Shown: positions 10,554 to 18,759 of the stretch, in pieces
Position numbering within the stretch: the stretch's first letter is position 1
How the letters are laid out: each line of letters opens with the position of its first letter
Source of the DNA: Pelodictyon phaeoclathratiforme BU-1
GTDB taxonomy: Bacteria > Bacteroidota > Chlorobiia > Chlorobiales > Chlorobiaceae
Length of the DNA: 32,000 bases
Direction of reading: 5' to 3'
Assembly (NCBI RefSeq): GCF_000020645.1
Contig: NC_011060.1
Span: 2,252,409-2,284,408 of the forward strand
Translations under genes and position numbers: made by a program
The notes under the pieces: generated by a model
Seen by the model: only the letters and a program-made list of their open reading frames with translations
What the model was told of the DNA's origin: nothing
The model's database searches: none

Positions 10554-12164
10554 ATGACTGTTACCACAAAAAAAATAGAACTTTACGACACCACCCTCCG
10601 TGATGGCACACAGGGTGAGCATATCAACCTCTCGGTTCAGGACAAGCTCCTTATCGCACAGAAGCTTGACGAATTCGGCATGGACTATATCGAAGGTGGA
10701 TGGCCGAGCAGCAACCCGAAAGATGAAGAGTTTTTCATCAAGGCACGGCAGCTTTCGTTCAAACATGCCAGGCTCACCGCCTTCGGTTCAACAGCCCGTT
10801 TTGTAAAAAGCGTTGAAAGCGACCCCAACCTGCTCGGGCTGCTCCACTCCGAAACACCGGTGATCACCATCTTCGGCAAAACATGGCAGGCACACTCTGA
10901 AAAAAGTCTTGGTATTTCCGATGAAGAGAATGCCGAACTGATCTATCGCTCCGTTGCCTTTCTCAAGCAGCAGGGACGAGAGGTCTTTTTTGATGCCGAA
11001 CACTTTTTCGATGGCTACAAAAACAACCCGGAATTTGCCCTGAAAATGCTCCTTTCAGCCGTTGAGGGTGGAGCGTCAAGAATTGTACTTTGCGACACCA
11101 ACGGAGGTTCACTGCCCCATGAGGTGACCGATATCGTATCCCGTGTTCTGGCCGTCACCGGTGTTCCTGTGGGTATTCACAGCCACAATGATGGTGATCT
11201 CGCCGTAGCAAACTCCATCGCCTCCGTCATGGCTGGAGCAACCCATATCCAGGGAACCATCAACGGCATCGGCGAACGGTGCGGCAACGCCAACCTCATC
11301 AGCATTATTCCCAACGTCATGCTGAAGCTGCAACGCTCATTCACCTTTGTCGAGCACCTCACCCAGCTCACCTCACTCTCGAAGTTTGTCTACGAGATTC
11401 TCAACATGCCGTCAAATACCCGGGCGCCTTTTGTCGGGAAATCGGCATTTGCCCACAAAGGGGGTATCCATGTCAGCGCAGTCATGAAAGAGAGCTCACT
11501 CTACGAGCATATCAACCCCACACAGGTCGGAAACCGCCAAAGGGTCCTTGTCTCCGAGCTTGCCGGCCAGAGCAACATCCGGTACAAGGCACACGAACTC
11601 GGCATCACCCTGCCCGAAAAAAGCGAACTCTTCAAGAATATCGTGCACCACATCAAGGAGCTCGAACACGAAGGGTACCAGTTTGACGGAGCCGAAGCCT
11701 CATTCGAACTCCTGCTGCATAAAGAGATCGGCAACTTCAAGCCATTTTTTGAAGTGCTTGAAACCAAGGTGCATATCGAATCGAGCAAGAACGCCAAAAA
11801 CGTCGACCAGGCAGTACTCAAGGTCAGGGTTGGAGAGGAGATAGAACATATCGCCGCCGACGGTGACGGCCCGGTCAACGCCCTCGACAAGGCGCTCCGC
11901 AAAGCGCTGATCCACTTCTACCCCGAAATCAAGAGCATCAAGCTGGTTGACTATAAAGTTCGTGTACTCGAAGAAAAACGGGGAACCAGCGCCAAGGTGC
12001 GGGTACTGATAGAGTCAAGCAATGGCCGCTTCACCTGGGGAACAGTCGGTGTCTCCACAAACATCATTGAAGCAAGCCTCCACGCCCTTGAAGACAGCAT
12101 GAACTACCACCTCTTCACGCTGAAGGCATCAGCTCCTGCTGCAAAACAGGTACCACAGGGATGA
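10554..12164 (+). CDS. cimA: LeuA-family synthase, most likely (R)-citramalate synthase
   Basis: 536 aa. YDTTLRDGTQGE and IHSHNDGDLAVAN motifs plus a C-terminal LeuA-type allosteric domain. It is a second LeuA paralog placed directly after leuCD. The substrate assignment is an inference from family and context. Confidence 0.75.
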   Translation: MTVTTKKIELYDTTLRDGTQGEHINLSVQDKLLIAQKLDEFGMDYIEGGWPSSNPKDEEFFIKARQLSFKHARLTAFGSTARFVKSVESDPNLLGLLHSETPVITIFGKTWQAHSEKSLGISDEENAELIYRSVAFLKQQGREVFFDAEHFFDGYKNNPEFALKMLLSAVEGGASRIVLCDTNGGSLPHEVTDIVSRVLAVTGVPVGIHSHNDGDLAVANSIASVMAGATHIQGTINGIGERCGNANLISIIPNVMLKLQRSFTFVEHLTQLTSLSKFVYEILNMPSNTRAPFVGKSAFAHKGGIHVSAVMKESSLYEHINPTQVGNRQRVLVSELAGQSNIRYKAHELGITLPEKSELFKNIVHHIKELEHEGYQFDGAEASFELLLHKEIGNFKPFFEVLETKVHIESSKNAKNVDQAVLKVRVGEEIEHIAADGDGPVNALDKALRKALIHFYPEIKSIKLVDYKVRVLEEKRGTSAKVRVLIESSNGRFTWGTVGVSTNIIEASLHALEDSMNYHLFTLKASAPAAKQVPQG

Positions 12165-12261
12165 TATCTCAACATTTCGAAAAACCAGCGCCACACTCTA
12201 CTCCCTGAAAGGATAAGAGGGTGATGCTGGTTCAAGGGCTTAAAACGGGATGTTCTTCTTT

Positions 12262-12516
12262 TCAGGATTGTTTGCCATCCATGACCGCTTTCTGTGCATC
12301 ATCTTTTTTCAGAATGCCATCTTCGACCATTTTGTTGATCGCCTGTGAAAGTTGCTCATGGGTACGAAGCAAGGCTGGCATTGACATCGCCAGCGCCGCA
12401 ACAGGCCTGATATTTGCTTTTTCTTTTTCAAACTGCATGATATTGACAAGATCAAAACGGATGATGCCATCAATCAGTGTAATATTGGCTACTCCGTCAG
12501 CATAGATAGTCTGCAT
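12262..12516 (-). CDS. Small hypothetical protein (84 aa)
   Basis: Clean ORF with a protein-like composition, convergent with cimA. I recognise no family. Confidence 0.45.
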   Translation of the reverse strand: MQTIYADGVANITLIDGIIRFDLVNIMQFEKEKANIRPVAALAMSMPALLRTHEQLSQAINKMVEDGILKKDDAQKAVMDGKQS

Positions 12517-12704
12517 ATTTTTTCTCCCTTGAAAATGATTTGTGTTTCGTTTCGCTTACCATAGCGAAGCCACAATATATTAACCGCTGCATCTTATTTT
12601 ATAAATAATTCGTTGATGTATACGGAATTATCCCTATTTTTTGACCAACCCGTGTTGTCGTATAAAAGAAAAACCTCATAACCACAAGCGCACTCGATCC
12701 CGGT

Positions 12705-13913
12705 ATGCCTACTTCAGACAAAGGACTCTGCAGTTCATGCGGTCTCTGTTCCAATCAGGCTTGGCCGGTTGAACAAAGTCTCCAAAGCTGTGTTTTTAAA
12801 AATGGCTGGCTCGGCGAAAGGGAGAAACAGCTTTTCGGGCGGGAACGCAAGCTCGATGATCCGGTTGAAATGCGCTTTGGCATCACACTTGACCGTTTTA
12901 CAGCTCAACTGAAACTGCCGCTACCCGGATCGCAGTGGAGCGGAATCATTACCCGAATGGCCATGAAGGCCTTTGAAGAGAAGCTTGTTGAAGGCGTTGT
13001 ATCGCTGCAGCACACTCCCGGCAACCATTTTTTCTCTCAACCGGTGTTAGCCCGAAACAGCGATGAGATCTACGCAACAAGAGGCAATAAACCGGTGCTC
13101 TCCCCACTCTTATCCTCCCTTGAAAGCGCATATCATCAGGGGCTGAAAAAAGTCCTTGTCATTGGAGCGGCATGTCACCTCCATACACTCCGGGATTTCA
13201 AGGAACGATTCGAATACCTGCAAGAGATGGAGCTCCTCACCATATGAATTCCCTGCATAGACAACGTCGCACGCTCAAAATGGCCGTGGATTCTGGAGAG
13301 AATGTCGAAATCACCCGATACCGCCTGCCATATGGAGTTCATGCAGGACTTCAGGATTCACATCCGTCACCTTGACGGCAGCATTGAAAAAGTCCCCTTC
13401 TTCAGCCTTCCGGAAGAGCTTTCAAATCCCGCCATCTTCCCCTCTGCATGTATGAGCTGCTTTGACTATCTCAACAGCCTTGCCGACATCACCGTAGGCT
13501 ATATCGGAGCAGAACTGAAGCCAAAGCAGAAGCGGCAATGGATTCTGGTACGAACCGAAACAGGGCAAAAACTGCTAAAGCTGATTGAAGCTGAACTCGA
13601 ACGGTTTCCGGAATCAGGCAAGTGGGAGTGCCGATCATTTGTCGAAAACACGACGAAACGCATCATCGAGAGCATGAAGGAGAGGGATAAAGAGTATTCA
13701 TCGAAAAGCAGAATCCCGCTCTGGCTCGGCAACCTGCTTGCAGGAGCGCTTGGCATGATCGGGCCAAAAGGGGTCGGGTTTGCCCACTACTCGGTTGACT
13801 TTCATCTGATCAGGCATTACTACTACCTCAAATTCCGCCACCCGGAGCGGATCGAAAAGCTGGTGCCACGGCATGTCCGGGTTATCCTTGAGGAATACGG
13901 ACTTCCCCTTTGA
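12705..13913 (+). pseudogene. FrhB/FdhB-family Fe-S flavoprotein (BciB / 7-hydroxymethyl-chlorophyll reductase-like) interrupted by an in-frame TGA at 13245-13247
   Basis: ORFs 12705-13247 and 13302-13913 are in the same frame (both starts are divisible by 3). The read-through gives ...[28 protein letters not shown].... The N-terminal Cys cluster is [10 protein letters not shown] and the C-terminal half has CMSCFDYLN. These are typical of coenzyme F420 hydrogenase beta-subunit-like proteins. Confidence 0.7.
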
Positions 13914-14040
13914 AAGAGGAGCGCTTCAGGCAAAAAGGTTCCGTCTCCTCAGTGGCGCCAACACCATCTTCCCAACCATCCTCTGCAAGACCAAACCCTA
14001 TCCCCCTGGTGCTGCCGGTAATAACAACCGTTTTTCCCAT
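13882..14040 (-). pseudogene. Stub of a short-chain dehydrogenase/reductase (only the N-terminal ~20 aa look SDR-like)
   Basis: Minus-strand ATG at 14040 gives MGKTVVITGSTRGIGFGLAE (classic SDR TGxxxGIG dinucleotide-binding motif). It then runs into non-SDR sequence, overlaps the 3' end of the FrhB-like gene and stops after 52 aa. Confidence 0.3.
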
Positions 14041-14063
14041 GTTACCGCTACCCTCTTCCAAAA

Positions 14064-14450
14064 TTATACCAGTTGAATTCCTTCTCCATAAGCTGCTACC
14101 ACAGTATCTGAAGTAATCAACAACATTTCTTCTGTCCGGGCTTGTGTAATAAGCATCCGGTCAAAAGGATCTTTATGCAAGAAAGGAAGCATAGTTACAG
14201 CCACAGCATGTTCACTGCTGATAGCTAATTCCCGTTACGCATGAAACAAAAGCATGCGCCTGAACCGGAAGGGATCAACATTAAAATCAGAGCGCCCAAG
14301 TACGGATTTGATACTGATTTCCCAGAGACTTGCTGCACTGAAAAACAAATTATTTACCGGGTTAACAAGCATATCTTTGCATCCCTCCGGTAAAAGATCA
14401 GGTTGAGCTGCAGCCCAAAGAAGAATATGCGTATCAAGCAATAAATTCAC
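14064..14450 (-). pseudogene. vapC: PIN-domain toxin (VapC-like) with an in-frame TAA at 14235-14237
   Basis: The 71-aa ORF MNLLLDTHILLWAAAQP... is a PIN N-terminus. The same frame continues after the TAA as RELAISSEHAVAVTMLPFLHKDPFDRMLITQARTEEMLLITSDTVVAAYGEGIQLV*. That restores a normal ~128-aa VapC (HKDPFDR motif). Confidence 0.75.
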
Positions 14451-14704
14451 TGTGCATTTTCGTTAAATAACCCAGCAATCTCGCTACTGCCCATACGATC
14501 GAAATCTTCCGGCACAGAAATTTCACCAATCATAAAACCAAGGCGTTCTGAACTCCCAGTCATAGAGTCATAGGGTATCACTTTAACCATCGGTCGTCCC
14601 GCCTTGCTGATAATAAAAGCCTTGCCAAGCGCTGCCTGCTCAACCAATCTCACAAGCTGATTTTCCGCATCATGCAGCGTAATTGTGTGCATCGACGATA
14701 TCAT
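14447..14704 (-). CDS. Phd/YefM-type antitoxin paired with the PIN toxin
   Basis: 85 aa. HTITLHDAENQLVRLVEQAALGKAFIISKAGRPMVKVIP is a typical Phd/YefM N-terminus. There is a 4-nt ATGA overlap with the vapC start. An alternative start is at 14692. Confidence 0.8.
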   Translation of the reverse strand: MISSMHTITLHDAENQLVRLVEQAALGKAFIISKAGRPMVKVIPYDSMTGSSERLGFMIGEISVPEDFDRMGSSEIAGLFNENAQ

Positions 14705-15064
14705 TATTCTCCCCCATGCTCATCGAAAAAATTGAAAGAATTATTTTTGGTACGCACCCGCGAAACCTGTTAGCGGAAAACATTTTCCTGCCTTTAAGCC
14801 CCCTTGACCAAAATACACCACTCATAAAAAAACCACTGTCAGGCCTGTCGCCATCATAACGTTCACCCTGCCACAATCACAGCGATAACGTAAAAGTATA
14901 AGCATTTCTCTCCTATAAACGATCGTAAACTCAAAGGAAACCGCTTCCTCTATTTCTGTCTTTCGATGATGAAGAAATTGAAGCCTTCGACATGTATCAA
15001 AAAGATGATGCCCCATATATGGCAATCTCAATTGCCGGGAAATTTCAGCTCCCCGCAATGATCC

Positions 15065-15589
15065 TTACGGTTTCTGTTTGCCCAGATAGCGGAGTTTGGC
15101 GGTATCAAAACCGAGCGCCGTCGCCCTGGCCACCAGCGCCTTGAGTTGAGCCTGCTCCATAACAGAATCTTTCGACAAAATCCAGAAAAGAGATTTATCA
15201 CGGCCACAAACCATCGCCCAGCGATAGCCCGCCCTGTCGAGATCAATCACATTGTAGCTCGCATAAAATGGGCCGAAAAAAGAGACCTTTAACGCACCCT
15301 CGGTGGTTTTTTTATCATCAAGAAAAACACCGCGCCCCTGAATGGTTTTCCACTCCTGTTTTTTCAGATCATACCCCTTGTTCATCACCTTGACGCTGCC
15401 ATCCGGGGCAAGCGAGTAGGTCGCCGATACCGGATCAAGCTCCTTTTCAAACCGGTTATCGAGACGAACAATTTCATGCCAGGTACCGAGATAACGATCG
15501 AGAGAAAAATTATCAACAACCGTGATTCCCTGCGGAACACCGGTGCATCCTGCAAGCAAGAGAAAACAGAGCAATAAAAGTTTTTTCAT
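15065..15589 (-). CDS. blc: Bacterial lipocalin (Blc-like outer-membrane lipoprotein)
   Basis: 174 aa. Signal peptide with lipobox LLAGC, then the lipocalin motif DRYLGTWHEI. Confidence 0.85.
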   Translation of the reverse strand: MKKLLLLCFLLLAGCTGVPQGITVVDNFSLDRYLGTWHEIVRLDNRFEKELDPVSATYSLAPDGSVKVMNKGYDLKKQEWKTIQGRGVFLDDKKTTEGALKVSFFGPFYASYNVIDLDRAGYRWAMVCGRDKSLFWILSKDSVMEQAQLKALVARATALGFDTAKLRYLGKQKP

Positions 15590-15628
15590 GTGGCATACTC
15601 CAATTATGATTGTTTCAAAAAAAAATTC

Positions 15629-15678
15629 CCCTTTCAGAGTTCCAGAAAACAGAAAGACAGAAGATCAGGAAGAGGGAC
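15629..15678 (-). promoter_or_regulatory. Candidate IMH / target-recognition flank of VR2
   Basis: 50 nt identical to 22383-22432 (the flank of VR1) and absent next to the TR. It spans the last codons (SPSS*) and 3' UTR of the target gene. Confidence 0.5.
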
Positions 15679-18600
15679 TGGAACGGACAACCCGAAAGCC
15701 AAAACCGCTGAGCCAGCTCGCCGGATGACTGAAGTACCGGGCAGAGCAACGCAGAACGCCGGGAACATAGCCCCAGGAACCGCCGCGCAACGCACGGGCA
15801 AGAGCGTATTTTTCGTGTATATCATCCGTCCACTCCCACACATTGCCAGCCATATCGTACAACCCTTCCGGAGTTGCACCTTCAGGATAGCGCCCAACCG
15901 GTGTTGTGGCTCCCTCATTTTGATTAAAATTTGCCAGTTTTGAATTAGGCGCTGTATTTCCCCACGGATATTCACGTCCATCCTCCCCGGCAGCAGCATA
16001 TTCCCACTCGATTTCTTTGGGCAATCGATAAATATTAGCAATCCTGCCTTCGCTTTCCAGAAGAGAGAGCCACAAGCAATAGGCTTTGGCTGCATACCAG
16101 CTTATATCCATCACCGGTTGTTCCTCCTTGTTAAATCGCTTGTCGTCATCCGATTCAGAGCGGAAAAGCTTTGCCAGATCTCGTTTATCCTGAAGATAAT
16201 CGCTGAATCCATTAATGCTGTTCGCCATTTTCTGTAAGTGGTTGTGGTACAATTCCAGGGTAACAGCATCAATATCGGGCACCTTTCCTGACTGTAGGTA
16301 ATTGAGGAACTGCCGGTACAACTCGTTGGTAACCGTATATTTAGCGACATAAAGATCTGGCATCTTTTCAAGCTTCTCAGTCAACGAGAAAGCAAATGTG
16401 CCACCTTTTATCAGAATGTACTCTGCATGAAGTTTGTCAAATAAAACATTGTTTCTTCCTGATTCGATAAACGTCTTCACTATTGCAAGTGCTTCAGGCT
16501 TGCCAATGATTTTCAGGCACTCCATGATATATCGCTGCCGGTTTGGCGTGGTCTGAAGGTCAAACAACTTCTTTTGCAAGGCATCGATCTTCCGCTGTGG
16601 AGCCTCTTCGACAAGGGTGACGAGCAAGTCCTGCTGCTTTGATGTCAAGTTTTCCGTAACCGGCGAATCGAAAAGCTTCTGCATGAAGCTGTCAAAAAGC
16701 TCTTCATTTTCAACATGGCCGATAAAAAAGCGAAGCGGTTCTTGCCACCAATCGTCTCCAAACCTGGTAACAATGGTGTCGAGATAGTCTGGCCGGTACA
16801 TATTTTTGAGCAGTTGAACACCCGCAAGGTACTCACGGAATGATTTGTGCCGAAAAACATACTCCTTGTCGCCATACTCCACCAGCACCCCGGCCCGGTC
16901 CACAAGATTTTTGCAGAACTCCCCTGCGGGAAGAGAATTGTAGAGCGTGTCGAGCAGCTTTTGCATTTTCTGCTGCATTGCAATCCGGTCAGCTTCGTCT
17001 GTTTTCAGCTCTTCCTGCATCCAGAGAGAAACCGGGCTCAGTACTCGCCGAGCATCTTTGGCTGCAAGCAGCGGATAGATTCCCCTGCGACGGTCACGAT
17101 AATCGAGCATATAATTCAATGCAGCATCATAGAGTTCTGAACGCCCTGCTGGCAGAAACTCCCTCTCTTTCCAGAGCATTGCCATAATCTGCAAGAGCAG
17201 GGGGACACCTGCCAGAGAGTGCATACTCCTGTTTTTTTCCTGCGCGAGAAACGTAATAACTGCGTCAGCTTTTTGCGCCGCTTTTTGAGCGGCCTGTTGT
17301 TCCTGCCGAGCTCTCAACTCCGGTTCATCCCGAGCACTGAGAGGTATCTCCCGAAAAAATGCTGCACTAAACCAAAGATGCAAAAACTCAGCCTGTTTTT
17401 CCTTGGTAAAGTCCATGATATCGGCCCGCAGATGGCTTGCCTCAAGCTCGATGCCATCCCCCTTCCGGTAACCTGTGCTTCGGGAGGTAACCACAAATCG
17501 GGCATTTGTAAACCTTGAAACCGTTCGGTCAATCCAGTCACAAGCAGCCTTCCGATCATCGACGTTGCTGATTTCATCCAGTCCATCAAGGAGTACAAGG
17601 GTTGAGTCCTCACCAAGCCAGCCCGCAAAAAGGTTTTCTTTAATTTTGAGAAAATATTTTTCAGACCATGCGGAAAGAGCTGCCGGCAATGAGGGATAAC
17701 CGGTATCACTCTTGTTGATATCACGCAACGGGAGGTAAAAAACATTGACTGGTTCACTAAAACCAAATTCATGACATCTACCGTTATCAAGGCATGAAAG
17801 TGCATAATATTTGAGCAATGTTGTTTTACCAGAACCCGGATCGCCAATAACCAGTAGCAAGTGATGCTTTTGAAAAACAAAACTCATCACTTCTTCAGGG
17901 GCACGAACGCGCTCTTCTTTTTTGGGTTCACAGAGATCGCCCTCAGTATGGGATCGTGCTTCGCAGCGCCATGTATCAGAAAGACTCAACGAAACAAAGG
18001 TATCCTTATGCCTTACAGAAAAACTCTCGATTGCCGGAGAACCCGAAAGGTTGGTATTGCCAAGTTGCTCTGTCAGCGTTGAGTGGTAGAGCTGGAGAAG
18101 CGAATCTGTGTTGAAATCAAGTGGTTGATACCTGTTTTTCATTGAGGTATCATCACCACATTCTTTTGAACAGAACCACCGGTGAACCTGTATATCAAGC
18201 TGATGAGCAAGTTTTTCCCGGAACTCATGACGCTCGTCATACTCCTCTATCAGCGCATTCGATTGTAGTGATTCCCTGAAGCGATCAAGTGCCTCAATCT
18301 GTTCGATAGTAACATCCTTCCTCCGGTATGGCACATTTGAGAAATAGAGCATGACCAATTTTCCGGCTGCCATCATTCTCTCAACCTCTTCAACCGCCCC
18401 GCCTGGAGCAACACCAGTACCTGTGCCAATGCGTGTCCAGAAAATACCGATAGCAAAATCACATTCATCAACAATCTGTTTATTGAGTATCCCCTGCACC
18501 CGCCCCCCGGTTTCAGGCGCTGCATGTGATTCCCATAACACCGCTTCGAGCATCAGCGGACGCTGTGGCCGAGCATTCCATTTCTTTATGACATCTTCCG

Positions 18601-18688
18601 CCATTTCACGCTCAGCAACAACATCAGAGGGTGATGCGACAAGTACCTTTATGATCCGAATATTTTTATCACTCATTCTTTCTATCAT
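15665..18688 (-). CDS. STAND NTPase: N-terminal DUF4062/NDT/TIR-like domain - NACHT - C-terminal FGE-sulfatase (SUMF1, CLec-fold) domain; DGR target 2
   Basis: 1007 aa. Walker A GDPGSGKT (17822-17845) and NACHT-type Walker B LVLLDGLDEI. The C-terminal ~250 aa carry FGE-family motifs (YILIKGGTF, VSWYAAKAYCLWLS-like, RLPKEIEWEYAA, GLYDMAGNVWEWT, RGGSW, GFRVVRS). It is a paralog of 22419-25568. An alternative start is at 18676 (MSDK...). Confidence 0.85.
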   Translation of the reverse strand: MIERMSDKNIRIIKVLVASPSDVVAEREMAEDVIKKWNARPQRPLMLEAVLWESHAAPETGGRVQGILNKQIVDECDFAIGIFWTRIGTGTGVAPGGAVEEVERMMAAGKLVMLYFSNVPYRRKDVTIEQIEALDRFRESLQSNALIEEYDERHEFREKLAHQLDIQVHRWFCSKECGDDTSMKNRYQPLDFNTDSLLQLYHSTLTEQLGNTNLSGSPAIESFSVRHKDTFVSLSLSDTWRCEARSHTEGDLCEPKKEERVRAPEEVMSFVFQKHHLLLVIGDPGSGKTTLLKYYALSCLDNGRCHEFGFSEPVNVFYLPLRDINKSDTGYPSLPAALSAWSEKYFLKIKENLFAGWLGEDSTLVLLDGLDEISNVDDRKAACDWIDRTVSRFTNARFVVTSRSTGYRKGDGIELEASHLRADIMDFTKEKQAEFLHLWFSAAFFREIPLSARDEPELRARQEQQAAQKAAQKADAVITFLAQEKNRSMHSLAGVPLLLQIMAMLWKEREFLPAGRSELYDAALNYMLDYRDRRRGIYPLLAAKDARRVLSPVSLWMQEELKTDEADRIAMQQKMQKLLDTLYNSLPAGEFCKNLVDRAGVLVEYGDKEYVFRHKSFREYLAGVQLLKNMYRPDYLDTIVTRFGDDWWQEPLRFFIGHVENEELFDSFMQKLFDSPVTENLTSKQQDLLVTLVEEAPQRKIDALQKKLFDLQTTPNRQRYIMECLKIIGKPEALAIVKTFIESGRNNVLFDKLHAEYILIKGGTFAFSLTEKLEKMPDLYVAKYTVTNELYRQFLNYLQSGKVPDIDAVTLELYHNHLQKMANSINGFSDYLQDKRDLAKLFRSESDDDKRFNKEEQPVMDISWYAAKAYCLWLSLLESEGRIANIYRLPKEIEWEYAAAGEDGREYPWGNTAPNSKLANFNQNEGATTPVGRYPEGATPEGLYDMAGNVWEWTDDIHEKYALARALRGGSWGYVPGVLRCSARYFSHPASWLSGFGFRVVRSSPSS
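15679..15800 (-). repeat. DGR variable repeat VR2 (remote target)
   Basis: Aligns without gaps to TR 21850-21971. I count 20 differences, all at positions where the TR has T on the printed strand (A on the coding strand). Confidence 0.8.
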
Positions 18689-18759
18689 TTATCAATCATT
18701 TTCTGACAAAAATAACGCCGTCAATGCCGTCCAATTTCATAACACAACATCTCAGAAGT

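Noticed and set aside
13241-13251. TGA at 13245-13247 as selenocysteine; also the overlapping CATATG/GAATTC (NdeI/EcoRI) sites as a possible cloning scar
   Set aside because: I see no convincing stem-loop just 3' of the TGA that would serve as a bacterial SECIS, and I know of no Sec at this position in the family. The restriction-site juxtaposition follows from the codons ...ACC ATA TGA ATT CCC... and is most simply coincidence. The pseudogene reading is kept as primary, with Sec listed as something to exclude.
14705-15064. Small ORFs (14670-14876, 14822-15058, 15028-15246 minus; a plus-frame peptide ...FDDEEIEAFDMYQKDDAPYMAISIAGKF...)
   Set aside because: No start or RBS context and no recognisable family. 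They overlap each other or the blc 3' end. At most they are eroded fragments, which is not enough to call.
15590-15943. Plus-strand ORFs 15590-15943 and 22308-22592 sharing FPFQSSRKQKDRRSGRGTGTDNPKA
   Set aside because: The shared peptide is the antisense translation of the duplicated VR plus the 50-nt flank. They are shadows of the repeat, not a conserved gene.
16111-17880. Alternative-frame ORFs nested in the two NACHT genes (e.g. 16111-16371, 16645-16983, 17314-17880, 24419-24751, 24944-25255; plus-strand 23082-23729, 25035-25520)
   Set aside because: They are nested in or antisense to long, motif-rich ORFs and have no independent support.
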